Shown here: positions 1 to 9,150 of the stretch, piece after piece
Layout of the letters: each line of letters opens with the position of its first letter
Position numbering within the stretch: the first letter of the stretch is position 1
NCBI GenBank assembly: GCA_903860935.1
Contig: CAIOSQ010000269.1
Coordinates: 1-63,219 of the forward strand
Source: an uncultured Rhodospirillales bacterium
GTDB taxonomy: Bacteria; Pseudomonadota; Alphaproteobacteria; CACIAM-22H2
Direction of reading: 5' to 3'
DNA length: 63,219 nucleotides
Program-made: the position numbers and the translations under genes
Notes under the pieces: generated by a model
The model's database searches: none
The model's input: the letters and a program-made list of their open reading frames with translations, nothing else
What the model was told of the DNA's origin: nothing

Positions 1-143
1 CCGCGCAGGATCGCGCCGAACCAGATGCTCGATCCGGCACCGATCTCCACGTCGCCGATCACCGTGGCCGTCGGCGCCAGCCAAGCCCCCGGATCGATGG
101 ACGGAGCGATCCCGCGCCAGGGCCGGATCAGCGCGCCGGTCAC
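1..143 (-). CDS. gamma-carbonic-anhydrase-like / hexapeptide-repeat (left-handed beta-helix) protein, N-terminal fragment; gene runs off the left edge
   Basis: Reverse translation from GTG at 143 reads (M)[46 protein letters not shown], a typical YrdA/PaaY-type N-terminus. The GTG overlaps the argC stop (GTGA at 140-143). Absent from the ORF track because it is truncated. Confidence 0.6.
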   Translation of the reverse strand, partial: MTGALIRPWRGIAPSIDPGAWLAPTATVIGDVEIGAGSSIWFGAILR

Positions 144-1081
144 GCCAGCCCCAACATCATCTCGAGCGACTGGACCGCCGCGCCCGACGCGCCCTTGCCG
201 AGATTGTCGAGACGGGCGACGAGCACCGCCTGACGATGGCGCTCCGATCCGAACACCCGCAATTCCATGCGATTGGTGTCGTTCAGCGCCTCCGGTTCGA
301 GTCGGTCGTAGCCCTTCACGGACGCATCGACCGGAACGACCGACACCCAGCGGCTTCCCGCATAGCGCCGCGCGAGCGAGTCGTGGAGGTCGGCCAGCTT
401 CGGCCGCCCCGGCAGCGTGTCGAGATGGAGCGGAATACTGACCAGCATGCCACAGCGGTAATTCGCGACGGACGGCACGAAGATCGGCCGGCGGGACAAC
501 CGCGCGTAAAGTTGAAGTTCGGGCAGATGCTTGTGCTCGAAACCGAGGCCATACAATTCGAAGGCCGGCGCCACGCCCGACTCGTAGGCCTCGATCATCG
601 ACTTGCCGCCGCCCGAATAGCCGCTCACGGCATTGATCGTCACCGGATGGTCGGCGGCAAGCAGAGCATCGTCCACCAGCGGCCGCAGCAACGCGATCGC
701 ACCGGTGGGATAACAGCCGGGATTGGCGACGCGGCGCGCGGCGCGCACGGCCGCGGCCTGCTCCGCGGACAGTTCGGGAAAGCCGAAGACCCATCCGGGT
801 GCCGTGCGATGGGCCGTGCTGGCATCGATGATGCGCGGCGCCGCCGCGCCGAGCTCATCGGCCAGAGCCACCGCCTCGCGCGCGGCATCGTCGGGAAGAC
901 AGAGGATCACCACGTCGACCGACGCCATCATCGCGCGGCGCGCCTCCGGATCCTTGCGCCGATCGGTGGCGATCGACTTCACGACGATGGCGGGATGGGC
1001 CTCCAGGCGTTGACGAATGCCGAGGCCGGTCGTGCCCGCCTCTCCGTCGATGAAGACCGAATGCTGGGTGTTGGCGCTCAT
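140..1081 (-). CDS. argC: N-acetyl-gamma-glutamyl-phosphate reductase (type 2)
   Basis: ORF 140..1144. The internal ATG at 1081 gives [26 protein letters not shown]. The [13 protein letters not shown] catalytic Cys loop and [15 protein letters not shown]-terminal motif are present. Confidence 0.9.
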   Translation of the reverse strand: MSANTQHSVFIDGEAGTTGLGIRQRLEAHPAIVVKSIATDRRKDPEARRAMMASVDVVILCLPDDAAREAVALADELGAAAPRIIDASTAHRTAPGWVFGFPELSAEQAAAVRAARRVANPGCYPTGAIALLRPLVDDALLAADHPVTINAVSGYSGGGKSMIEAYESGVAPAFELYGLGFEHKHLPELQLYARLSRRPIFVPSVANYRCGMLVSIPLHLDTLPGRPKLADLHDSLARRYAGSRWVSVVPVDASVKGYDRLEPEALNDTNRMELRVFGSERHRQAVLVARLDNLGKGASGAAVQSLEMMLGLA

Positions 1082-1143
1082 GCCGATGATCTCCTGCTGC
1101 CGCTCCCGCCGCGCCTGTGGTCGAAAGATGCGCGGACGGGACA

Positions 1144-1182
1144 AAGAAAAAGGGGCGATCCAGCGAGGAGCGCCCCTTTTCC
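1144..1182 (-). terminator. Rho-independent terminator of the rplM-rpsI operon
   Basis: Stem GGGGCG(1152-1157)/CGCCCC(1171-1176) is extended by TCC/GGA. On the minus strand it is followed by TTTTTCTTTG. It lies about 45 nt downstream of the rpsI stop, and two more GC hairpins (1192-1206, 1208-1224) precede it. Confidence 0.75.
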
Positions 1183-1222
1183 CTTGGACACGCCCCGGAC
1201 CGGGGCCGACGCGCGCGGCGCG

Positions 1223-1747
1223 TCAGCGCTTCGAGAACTGGAAGCTGCGTCGCGCCTTCGCGCGGCCGTACTTCTTGCGCTCGACCACGCGGCTATCGCG
1301 GGTCAGGAAGCCGACCTGCTTGAGGATCTTGCGCAGGGAGGGTTCGAACAGCGTCAGCGCCTTCGAGATGCCATGGCGCACCGCGCCGGCCTGGCCCGAA
1401 AGCCCGCCGCCGGTGACCGTGCACATCACGTCGAACTGGTTGAGCCGATCGGAGACCAGGAAGGGCTGCTGGATGATCATCCGGAGCACCGGACGCGCGA
1501 AATACACCTGCGCGTCACGGCCGTTGATCGTGATGCGTCCCTTGCCCGGCTTCACCCACACGCGGGCGACGGCGTTCTTGCGCTTGCCGGTGGCGTAGGA
1601 GCGACCTTTGGCGTCGCGCTGCGGCGCGGGGAGCGGTTGCTCGCCGATGGCGGCGCCCTGGGCCGCGGCGACCGCCGCGTTGGCAAGGGCGAGATCGGCG
1701 AGGCTACGGGTGCGGGTCAGCGTGGTGCCCGTCGTCTTGTCGGCCAT
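1223..1747 (-). CDS. rpsI: 30S ribosomal protein S9 (with Ala-rich N-terminal extension)
   Basis: [26 protein letters not shown] ... [19 protein letters not shown]-terminus. Lies directly downstream of rplM. Confidence 0.95.
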   Translation of the reverse strand: MADKTTGTTLTRTRSLADLALANAAVAAAQGAAIGEQPLPAPQRDAKGRSYATGKRKNAVARVWVKPGKGRITINGRDAQVYFARPVLRMIIQQPFLVSDRLNQFDVMCTVTGGGLSGQAGAVRHGISKALTLFEPSLRKILKQVGFLTRDSRVVERKKYGRAKARRSFQFSKR

Positions 1748-1751
1748 GGGA

Positions 1752-2225
1752 TCACGCGCTCCGCTTGTTCTTGGGGTTCATGCCGGCGACATCGAGAACG
1801 CTCGGGTTCTGCGCCGCGTGCGGGTGCTCGGGTCCAACGTAGACCTTGAGGTTGCTCATCTGACCACGCGCGAGCGGAGAATCCTTTTTCATCATCCGCT
1901 CGACCGCGCGCACAACCAGCTTGTGGGGCGTCTTGCCCGCCAGGGTCTGGCGCGGCGTGCGCTCCTTGACCCCGCCCGGGAAGCCCGTGTGGTAGTGGAA
2001 CACCTTGTCGTTCATCTTGTTGCCGGTCAGGCGAACCTTGTCGGCGTTGATGATCACGACATTGTCGCCGCAATCGACATGCGGCGTGAAACCGGGCTTG
2101 TGCTTGCCCTTGAGGCGAAGCGCCACGATCGAAGCGAGACGCCCGAGAACGACGCCTTCGGCATCGATCAGGATCCACTTCTTGTCCTTCGCCGCAGCTG
2201 CGACGGTCATCGAGTAGGTTTTCAT
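1752..2225 (-). CDS. rplM: 50S ribosomal protein L13
   Basis: The ATG at 2225 inside ORF 1752..2312 gives [32 protein letters not shown]...[16 protein letters not shown], the canonical L13. Confidence 0.95.
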   Translation of the reverse strand: MKTYSMTVAAAAKDKKWILIDAEGVVLGRLASIVALRLKGKHKPGFTPHVDCGDNVVIINADKVRLTGNKMNDKVFHYHTGFPGGVKERTPRQTLAGKTPHKLVVRAVERMMKKDSPLARGQMSNLKVYVGPEHPHAAQNPSVLDVAGMNPKNKRSA

Positions 2226-2341
2226 CGGGTACGGGGCCCTGGTTGTGCGGTCGTCGGCGCCGGGGACCGGCGCGAGGCGGCGGAGTATCTTCAGCCCCCC
2301 TGATCGCGTCAACGGAAAACGCTGTCCCTGCGCGGTTTTAT

Positions 2342-2367
2342 CACTGCGGTATTATATTACCGCAGTG
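2342..2367. promoter_or_regulatory. perfect 10-bp inverted repeat with AT-rich loop between the thioesterase stop and rplM; the loop reads TATAAT on the minus strand
   Basis: CACTGCGGTA-TTATAT-TACCGCAGTG. Minus-strand reading is ...CTGACG-N19-TATAAT, about 115 nt upstream of the rplM ATG. No U-tract on either side. Confidence 0.35.
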
Positions 2368-2377
2368 GTGGAGGCCG

Positions 2378-2809
2378 TCAGTCGTGGCGCGGCGGTATCG
2401 AGTACGTCCCAGTGACATGGGCGACGGCGTCGGCCTCGCCTTCCGACCGCAGCACAACCTCCGAGACCGCGAGGCGCTTGCCCAGCTTGAGGATGCGTGC
2501 CTCCGCCAGGACGTCGCGAGGCGCCGGCTTGCGCAGGAAGTTGATGTTCAGATTGGTGGTCACGGCGAGTTCGACCTTGCCGATCATGGAGAGCGTCACG
2601 GCGTACATGGCGTAATCGGCGAGCGCCATGAGGATCGGCCCCGCGATCGTGCCGCCAGGGCGGAGGAAGCCCCCGTCGTAAGGCGCGCGGGCGACCGCAT
2701 GCCCATAAGCGAGTGCATCGAGACGAAAGCCGAGTTGCCGCGCGATCGGCAACTGGGCATCCACGAGGGCATCGAACGCCGCGCGCGACAGCAGGGGAGC
2801 GATGGTCAT
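2378..2809 (-). CDS. PaaI/hotdog-fold acyl-CoA thioesterase
   Basis: The ATG at 2809 inside ORF 2378..2908. RPGGTIAGPILMALADYAMYAV ... NLNINFLRKP ... KLGKRLAVSEV is typical of the PaaI/YdiI family. Confidence 0.8.
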   Translation of the reverse strand: MTIAPLLSRAAFDALVDAQLPIARQLGFRLDALAYGHAVARAPYDGGFLRPGGTIAGPILMALADYAMYAVTLSMIGKVELAVTTNLNINFLRKPAPRDVLAEARILKLGKRLAVSEVVLRSEGEADAVAHVTGTYSIPPRHD

Positions 2810-2889
2810 TGGCCGGCCTTTCGCCTTGAACTCGACCAGAATAGGCCCGCAAATACAAGCACACGCCCTTCGCGTCCAGGAACCCACCC

Positions 2890-3693
2890 ATGCTGTCCGC
2901 CGCGCCACCCGACGACGACTCCCTCCTGCTCCTGCGGGACGATGCCGAGGGCGTGGCGACGCTGCGGCTCAACAGGCCCAGATCCTACAACGCCCTGTCG
3001 GCCGACCTGATGCACGCGCTGCACCAGACCCTCGACGCGATCGCCACGGACGAGTCCGTGCGCGTCGTCGTCGTCGCGGGCGCCGGCAAGGGCTTCTGCG
3101 CGGGCCACGACCTGCGCGAACTGCGCGCCCGGCCAGAGCGCGCGGCCTACGAGGCGCTGTTTAACGCCTGTTCGGCCCTGATGCAGCGCATCGTCTCGCT
3201 GCCGAAGCCGATCATCGCACGGGTTCACGGCATCGCCACTGCCGCGGGATGCCAACTTGTCGCCAGCTGCGATCTCGCCGTGGCGGCACGCAGCGCACGC
3301 TTCGCGGTCCCAGGGGTCAATATCGGCCTGTTCTGCTCGACCCCGATGGTCGCTCTCTCGCGCGCCGTGGGCCGGAAGGCAGCGATGGAGATGCTGCTCA
3401 CCGGCGACCTCGTCGATGCGCAGACCGCGCAACGCTTCGGTCTCGTCAACCGTGTGACCGAGGAAGACAGCCTCGATGCGGAGACGTTCGCCCTTGCGAG
3501 GCAGATCGCCTCGAAATCGCCCCTGACCCTCGCGATCGGCAAGGAGGCCTTCTACCGGCAGGCCGAGATGGACCTCGCCGACGCATACCGCTATGCGAGC
3601 GAGGTGATGACCCGCAACATGCTCGCGCGCGACGCCGAGATCGGCATCGACGCCCTCCTCGCGAAGACCAGCCCGCAATGGTGTGGACGATGA
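2890..3693 (+). CDS. enoyl-CoA hydratase/isomerase (crotonase) family protein
   Basis: LRLNRPRSYNALS ... VVVAGAGKGFCAGHDL ... ARVHGIATAAGCQLV, the crotonase oxyanion-hole segments. Confidence 0.9.
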   Translation: MLSAAPPDDDSLLLLRDDAEGVATLRLNRPRSYNALSADLMHALHQTLDAIATDESVRVVVVAGAGKGFCAGHDLRELRARPERAAYEALFNACSALMQRIVSLPKPIIARVHGIATAAGCQLVASCDLAVAARSARFAVPGVNIGLFCSTPMVALSRAVGRKAAMEMLLTGDLVDAQTAQRFGLVNRVTEEDSLDAETFALARQIASKSPLTLAIGKEAFYRQAEMDLADAYRYASEVMTRNMLARDAEIGIDALLAKTSPQWCGR

Positions 3694-4175
3694 ACCACGA
3701 CAGCTACTCCGACGCCTATATCGGCGCGATCCTCCGCGAGACACGTAAGATCGCCATGGTCGGTGCCTCGCCGAACTGGAACCGGCCCAGCTTTTTCGCG
3801 ATGAAGTACCTCCAGTCGAAAGGCTACCGGGTCATCCCGGTGAACCCGGCTGCCGCCGGTCAGGAAATCCTCGGCGAACCTGTCTACGCCACCCTCGCGG
3901 ACATCCCCGAACCAGTCGACATGGTCGACATCTTCCGCAACTCCGAGGCCGCGGGCGCCATCGCCGACGAGGCGATCACCTGCGGCGCGCGAACGGTCTG
4001 GATGCAACTCGGCGTGCGCAACGACGATGCCGCCGCCCGCGCCGAGGCGGCCGGGCTTCGCGTCGTGATGAATCGCTGCCCGAAGATCGAATTCGGGCGC
4101 CTGACCGGCGCGCTGTCCTGGGGCGGCATCAATTCCGGCGTGATCTCGTCGCGACGACGCCGCGGCATCGCCTGA
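3690..4175 (+). CDS. CoA-binding domain protein (YccU/YneT-like)
   Basis: The ATG at 3690 overlaps the upstream stop (ATGA). KIAMVGASPNWNRPSFFAMKYLQSKGYRVIPVNP ... VDMVDIFRNSE is typical of the family. Confidence 0.8.
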   Translation: MNHDSYSDAYIGAILRETRKIAMVGASPNWNRPSFFAMKYLQSKGYRVIPVNPAAAGQEILGEPVYATLADIPEPVDMVDIFRNSEAAGAIADEAITCGARTVWMQLGVRNDDAAARAEAAGLRVVMNRCPKIEFGRLTGALSWGGINSGVISSRRRRGIA

Positions 4176-4202
4176 GCCTTGTCATCCTGGAAATCTGAGC
4201 CC

Positions 4203-4784
4203 ATGGACGTCCTCCTAGGTCCGCTGGCCGTATCGACAGGCGTGGTCGCGATTGCCGAGATCGGCGACAAGACCCAACTCCTCGCGCTGGTCCTCGCTGC
4301 GCGGTTCCGTCGGCCCTGGCCGATCGTTGCCGGCATCCTTGTGGCCACGATCGCGAACCATGCGGTCGCCGGGCTCGCCGGCGCCTGGTTCGCACACCTG
4401 CTCGAAGGCCCCTGGCTGCGCTGGATCATCGCCGGATCCTTCGTCGCGGTCGGCATCTGGGCGCTTTTCCCGGATCGCTTCGAGGACGATGACAAGCCGG
4501 CGATGGAGCGCTACGGCGCTTTCCTGACCACGACCATCGCCTTCTTCTTCGTGGAGATCGGCGACAAGACCCAGATCGCGACCGTCGCGCTGGCTGGTCG
4601 CTTCGCCGCCGACGTCGCGGCCGTGGTCGCGGGCACGACGATCGGAATGATCCTGGCGAACGCGCCTGCGGTCTGGCTGGGCGACAAGCTGGCGCACAGG
4701 CTGCCGCTCAAGCTCATCCGCATCTGTGCCGCGGGCGTGTTCGTCGTCCTTGGCATCGCGGCGTTCTTCATGCTCGGCGCCTGA
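4203..4784 (+). CDS. UPF0016/GDT1 (TMEM165) family cation (Mn2+/Ca2+) exporter
   Basis: Two copies of the E-x-G-D-K-T motif (IAEIGDKTQLL and FVEIGDKTQIA) sit in a 6-TM-like hydrophobic protein. The ORF-track start at 4179 is TTG; the ATG at 4203 is preferred. Confidence 0.8.
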   Translation: MDVLLGPLAVSTGVVAIAEIGDKTQLLALVLAARFRRPWPIVAGILVATIANHAVAGLAGAWFAHLLEGPWLRWIIAGSFVAVGIWALFPDRFEDDDKPAMERYGAFLTTTIAFFFVEIGDKTQIATVALAGRFAADVAAVVAGTTIGMILANAPAVWLGDKLAHRLPLKLIRICAAGVFVVLGIAAFFMLGA

Positions 4785-4853
4785 CGACCGCCATCGCCTG
4801 CAGCCCGCGGAGTGCGGGCGATACCGCCGCCCCGCATCGGAGACCAGCCAGTC

Positions 4854-6164
4854 ATGACCGACAAGCCCCCCGCCTCCCCCGCCGACCGCTCCTATGCCTT
4901 CGAGACGCGCGCGGTTCATGCCGGCGCCAGTCCCGACCCGACCACGGGCGCGCGCAACGTGCCGATCTATCAGACGACGTCCTACGTCTTCGACGATGTC
5001 GACCACGCCGCGTCGCTCTTCAATCTGCAGGATTTCGGCTACGTCTATACGCGCCTGGGCAATCCGACCGTCTCGGCACTCGAGGAGCGCGTGGCGAGCC
5101 TCGAGGGCGGCCGCGGCGCGGTCGCCGCGGCGTCCGGACATGCCGCCCAGTTGCTCGCATTCTTTTCGCTGATGGAGCCCGGCGACGAATTCATCGCGTC
5201 GCGGAACCTCTATGGCGGATCGATTACCCAGTTCTCGCATGCTTTCAAGCGCTTCGGCTGGTCCGTCAAGTTCGTCGATCCCGCTGACCCCGATGCGTTC
5301 CGGACGGCGATCACGGCGCGTACCAAGGCGATCTTCATCGAGGTGCTCGCCAATCCCGGCGGTATCGTCGTCGATATCGAACCGATCGCCGCCATCGCGC
5401 GCGAGGCCGGCATCCTTTTGATGGTCGACAACACCATGGCGTCGCCCTGGCTGTTCCGGCCCTTCGAGTTTGGTGCCGACATCGTCATCCACTCGACGAC
5501 GAAATTCCTTTCCGGTCACGGCACATCGATGGGCGGTGTCGTCATCGAGTCCGGACGCTTCGACTGGGCGCGCAACGCGGCCCGCTACCCCGGCCTGACG
5601 AAGCCCGATCCGGCCTATCATGGCCTCACCTTCGCCGAGACGTTCGGCGATTTCGGTTACACGATGAAGACGCGGGCTGTTGCGCTGCGCGATCTCGGCC
5701 CTGCGATGGCGCCCATGAACGCGTTCATGACCCTGACCGGGATCGAGACGCTGCACCTGCGCATGGAGCGGCACTGCGCCAATGCGCTGAAGGTCGCACA
5801 GTTCCTGGAAGGACACCCGGCGATCGCCAAGGTCTCGTATGTCGGCCTGCCATCGAGCCCCTATCACGGCCTTGCGCGGAAATATCTCCGTCGCGGCTTC
5901 GGCTCCGTCTTCACCGTCAGCCTCAAGGGCGGGTTCGCGGCGGGCGTGCGCGCCGTCGAGGCTGTCGAACTCGTGTCGCATCTCGCGAATATCGGCGACA
6001 CCCGGTCCCTGATCATCCATCCCGCATCGACGACGCACCGGCAATTGACCGAAGAGCAGCAGATCAAGGCCGGTGCCGGCCCGGACATCCTGCGGCTGTC
6101 CATCGGGATCGAAAATGCCGACGACATCATCCTCGACCTCGACCGCGCGCTGTCGAAGGCCTGA
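4854..6164 (+). CDS. metY: O-acetylhomoserine sulfhydrylase (PLP-dependent)
   Basis: FETRAVHAG ... YTRLGNPT ... HSTTKFLSGHG (PLP-lysine) ... RLSIGIEN. ATG at 4854 with GGAG upstream; the ORF-track start at 4812 is GTG. Confidence 0.88.
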   Translation: MTDKPPASPADRSYAFETRAVHAGASPDPTTGARNVPIYQTTSYVFDDVDHAASLFNLQDFGYVYTRLGNPTVSALEERVASLEGGRGAVAAASGHAAQLLAFFSLMEPGDEFIASRNLYGGSITQFSHAFKRFGWSVKFVDPADPDAFRTAITARTKAIFIEVLANPGGIVVDIEPIAAIAREAGILLMVDNTMASPWLFRPFEFGADIVIHSTTKFLSGHGTSMGGVVIESGRFDWARNAARYPGLTKPDPAYHGLTFAETFGDFGYTMKTRAVALRDLGPAMAPMNAFMTLTGIETLHLRMERHCANALKVAQFLEGHPAIAKVSYVGLPSSPYHGLARKYLRRGFGSVFTVSLKGGFAAGVRAVEAVELVSHLANIGDTRSLIIHPASTTHRQLTEEQQIKAGAGPDILRLSIGIENADDIILDLDRALSKA

Positions 6165-6175
6165 CTGGCGCGCGT

Positions 6176-7387
6176 CTACTCCGCGGCTACCGCCGGCCGC
6201 CGTGCGGGGGGAGCCGCATCGCTTTCCGGGAGCATGAACGCGCCCGCGAGCGCCACGGCCGCCAGCACGCCCATCATCAAGAACAGCCAGTAGAAGCCAC
6301 CCGTGCTGTCGTAGACCCAGGCGATCAGCGGGACCGCGCTCGCCGATACGCCGAGCGTCAGCACGAATTTGGCCCCGAACCCCGTCCCCTGCCAGCGTCC
6401 GGGGGTGTAATGCGCAAGCAGCTTGTTCTCGGCGGGACCGGCAAGCGTGCTGGTGAACACCAATCCGATCGACAGCGCCAGCAACAGCCAGGACTGGAGC
6501 AGCGCCGCGAGGAACAATCCCGGCGCCAGCAGGACATAGGCGAAACGATAGACCTTCTCCGTCGGGAAACGATCCGCGATCCTGCCGCAAGTGGGCATCG
6601 AGAGCCCGACGCAGAGATAGACGAGGCCGACCAGTCCACCGATGCCGAGCGGACCGAGGCCGAACTCGGCGCCCATGCGCTGCTCGAACAGTTTCGGCAG
6701 CATCACGGTGAAGGCCTGGAAGATCAGTCCACCGCAGGTCATGGTCACCGACAGCAGGAAAAACGCGCGCAGCATCTCCTTGCGCGTGGGCGGCGCCTTC
6801 GAGGGGGTGCCGGAGAGATCGCCCTCGCCCACCATCTCGCCGCGCCACGCGACGAAGAGCACGATCCCGATCGCCAGCGTCACGATGCCCGGCACGATGA
6901 AAGCCGCCCGCCAGGACCACCAATGGCACAGCGCGCCGGCGACCACCGGACCGAGAGCCACGCCGATCGAGCCGAACATGCCGTTCCAGCCCAGCGCCCG
7001 GCCCCGATCGCGCATGCTGCGTACGACCCAGGCCATGCCGACGGGATGATAGATCGCCGCGAAGAAGCCGATTGCCGCCAGACCGGCCGCGAGCGCGAAC
7101 GGGGTCGTCGCGAGCCCGGTCGCGATCGCCGACGCACCCGCCCCGACGAGATAGACGACCATCATGCCGCGTGTCGACCATCGGTCTCCGAGCCATCCCG
7201 CCGGGAGCGCTGCGAGCCCATAGAGGATCTGGCCCGCGAGCATCAGCGCGATCAGTTCGCCGTAGCTGCGCGCCCATTCCCGCTCGAGGACGAGCACGAC
7301 GGTCGGATAGAGAAGCGTCAACAGATGGTTGAGGCTGTGCCCGACATTGGAAAAGCCCTGGGCGAGGCGCGCGGCGCGAGAGTCCAT
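6176..7387 (-). CDS. MFS transporter
   Basis: The ATG at 7387 within ORF 6176..7927 gives 403 aa of 12-TM-like sequence (GWLGDRWSTRG loop motif). The upstream 180 codons are R/A-rich junk. Confidence 0.8.
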   Translation of the reverse strand: MDSRAARLAQGFSNVGHSLNHLLTLLYPTVVLVLEREWARSYGELIALMLAGQILYGLAALPAGWLGDRWSTRGMMVVYLVGAGASAIATGLATTPFALAAGLAAIGFFAAIYHPVGMAWVVRSMRDRGRALGWNGMFGSIGVALGPVVAGALCHWWSWRAAFIVPGIVTLAIGIVLFVAWRGEMVGEGDLSGTPSKAPPTRKEMLRAFFLLSVTMTCGGLIFQAFTVMLPKLFEQRMGAEFGLGPLGIGGLVGLVYLCVGLSMPTCGRIADRFPTEKVYRFAYVLLAPGLFLAALLQSWLLLALSIGLVFTSTLAGPAENKLLAHYTPGRWQGTGFGAKFVLTLGVSASAVPLIAWVYDSTGGFYWLFLMMGVLAAVALAGAFMLPESDAAPPARRPAVAAE

Positions 7388-7471
7388 GACGCGACTGTCG
7401 GACGCCACGCGCGTGATGTCCACGATTTCGTCCCGCCGGACCGCGATACGACCCCTTCCCGCCGAGCCCAC

Positions 7472-7491
7472 CGGCGGACTAGTCTCCGCCG
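7472..7491. promoter_or_regulatory. 7-bp inverted repeat in the divergent MFS / small-ORF control region
   Basis: CGGCGGA-CTAGTC-TCCGCCG, 44 nt upstream of the ATG at 7535. Confidence 0.25.
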
Positions 7492-7534
7492 CCGACGCGC
7501 CGGGCTCGACAAGGCGTGAAAGAGCGGAACGCCA

Positions 7535-7891
7535 ATGACCAACAAATCCGGAGCTCCGATCCCCTTTCCGCTGCGCCGCAAGCCGGTGCCGGAGATCGCG
7601 CCGCGTCGGCGCGGCCGGCCCGCTGGCCTCGCCGAGAACCCGGGCGAGCCGACCCCGGCGCAGCGAGACTGGCTGGCGCGCGGTCTGACGCAGGCGGGCG
7701 GAAAACTGCCGCTTTTCCTCGACGATGGACGCAGGGTGGATCCGCGCACGATCCGCAGTTGCATGGAGCAGGGCTGGGCCGAGCCCTGGTTCGCGAACCC
7801 GTTGAAGCCGGACTGGCTGGTATGCCGGCTGACGCAGGCGGGACGCGACGCGCTCGCGCTCGACGACGCATCCGGAGACGACATGACATGA
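7535..7891 (+). CDS. hypothetical 118-aa protein with an AT-hook-like RRRGRP segment and an internal DWLxxxLTQAG repeat
   Basis: Balanced composition and high GC3 in this frame. The stop overlaps the ATG of the downstream MFS gene (ATGA at 7888-7891). Confidence 0.65.
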   Translation: MTNKSGAPIPFPLRRKPVPEIAPRRRGRPAGLAENPGEPTPAQRDWLARGLTQAGGKLPLFLDDGRRVDPRTIRSCMEQGWAEPWFANPLKPDWLVCRLTQAGRDALALDDASGDDMT

Positions 7892-9147
7892 ACACCGCAT
7901 CCAGCGACCGCGACACCGGCTTCGCACGCATCGTCATCACCTGCTTCCTGCCCTTCGCGGCGGGATACCTGCTGTCCTACATCTTCCGCACCGTCAACGC
8001 CGTGGTTGGCCCGCGGCTCGCCACCGAGTTGCAGATCGACATTCCCGCGCTCGGTGTCCTCACCAGCGCCTATTTCATCGGCTTCGTCCTGCTCCAGATA
8101 CCCGCCGGGGTGATGCTCGATCGCTACGGCCCGCGCCGCGTCCAGATGGGATTGCTTCTCCTGGCCGCACTCGGCGCGTCGATCTTCGCCTTGTCCTCGT
8201 CGCTCGTCATGCTCGGCATCGGACGGACCCTCATCGGCGCCGGTGTCGCGGCCTGCCTGATGGCCGGGTTCAAGGCGAACACGCTGTTCTGGCCGGCCTC
8301 GAGACTTGGAACGGCGAATGGCGTCCTCCTCTCCTTCGCCGGGATCGGCGGCGCGATCGGTACGCTTCCGGTGACATGGCTTGCCGACACGGTGGGCTGG
8401 CGCGGCGTCTTCTGGGTGCTCGCCGCGGCTGCGGTCTGCGTCTCGGCGATCGTCTGGCGCGCCGTGCCCGACCGCCGCCCGCATACCGCGCAAAGCCTCG
8501 CGGATGCGCTCGGCGGCGTCCGCGAGGTGCTGACATCCCGCGCCTTCTGGCGCGTGGTGCCGCTCTCGGCGGCAACGCAGGCCGCCTTCCAGGCCTATCA
8601 CACGCTCTGGACGGCACCTTGGCTCGTGGATGTGGCCGGCTTCGCCCAGAGCGCCATTCCCGGCGCGATGCTGGCGATCCTGCTTGGCATCATTCCGGGA
8701 TACCTTCTGAGCGGATTGGTCACGGATCTCCTGTCGGCGCGCGGCGTCCCACGCGCGCGGGTCTTCTCGCTCTACGCTGGCGCGTTCATCGCGATCCAGG
8801 CCGTCCTGGTCGTCGCACCGCTCTCTGGCCTGCCCGCCATCGCGACATGGATCGCCTATGTCGTTCTCGGCACGGGCAGCATGATCGCGTACGTCATCCT
8901 GACGCCGCTTTTCGCGCCGGATCTCGCAGGCCGCGTCAACACGGCGGTCAATCTGGTGGTGTTCATCGCCGCCTTCGCCATGCAGGCCTCGATCGGATAC
9001 GCGCTGGCCGCCCTCGAGACGCATGCCGGCCTCGGTCGCGCATCGGCGCACGCGGCGACGCTCGCCGCGATCCTGGTCATCCAGGCCGCCGCCTGGATCT
9101 GGCTCGCCATGGGACGCCGCGACCTCGAAGCCGTCGCGCGCCGCTGA
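7888..9147 (+). CDS. MFS transporter
   Basis: ATG at 7888 (MNTASSDRDTGFARIVITCFLPFAAGYLLSYIFR...). 419 aa, 12-TM-like, with an LDRYGPRR loop motif. Confidence 0.85.
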   Translation: MNTASSDRDTGFARIVITCFLPFAAGYLLSYIFRTVNAVVGPRLATELQIDIPALGVLTSAYFIGFVLLQIPAGVMLDRYGPRRVQMGLLLLAALGASIFALSSSLVMLGIGRTLIGAGVAACLMAGFKANTLFWPASRLGTANGVLLSFAGIGGAIGTLPVTWLADTVGWRGVFWVLAAAAVCVSAIVWRAVPDRRPHTAQSLADALGGVREVLTSRAFWRVVPLSAATQAAFQAYHTLWTAPWLVDVAGFAQSAIPGAMLAILLGIIPGYLLSGLVTDLLSARGVPRARVFSLYAGAFIAIQAVLVVAPLSGLPAIATWIAYVVLGTGSMIAYVILTPLFAPDLAGRVNTAVNLVVFIAAFAMQASIGYALAALETHAGLGRASAHAATLAAILVIQAAAWIWLAMGRRDLEAVARR

Positions 9148-9150
9148 CGT

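Noticed and set aside
236-1849. 537-aa plus-strand ORF over argC and rpsI
   Set aside because: It is antisense to two unmistakable genes and has Arg-rich junk composition.
4785-4853. Possible SAM riboswitch or terminator upstream of metY
   Set aside because: The gap is only 69 nt. It contains a 6-bp hairpin (GCCCGC-GGAGT-GCGGGC, 4803-4819) but none of the conserved SAM-II/SAM-V-like elements I can recall, and no U-tract. I cannot call an RNA element.
4215-7277. 1020-aa ORF on the minus strand spanning the GDT1, metY and MFS region
   Set aside because: It is Arg/Gly/Asp/Ala-rich and low in complexity. It is antisense to two well-supported plus-strand genes and out of frame with the real minus-strand MFS gene. 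This is a typical high-GC shadow ORF.
7516-7887. N-terminal extension of the second MFS ORF (start at 7516)
   Set aside because: The extension is Arg/Ala/Gly-rich with no TM segment. The overlapping frame 7535..7891 has far more protein-like composition and ends in an ATGA overlap with the ATG at 7888.
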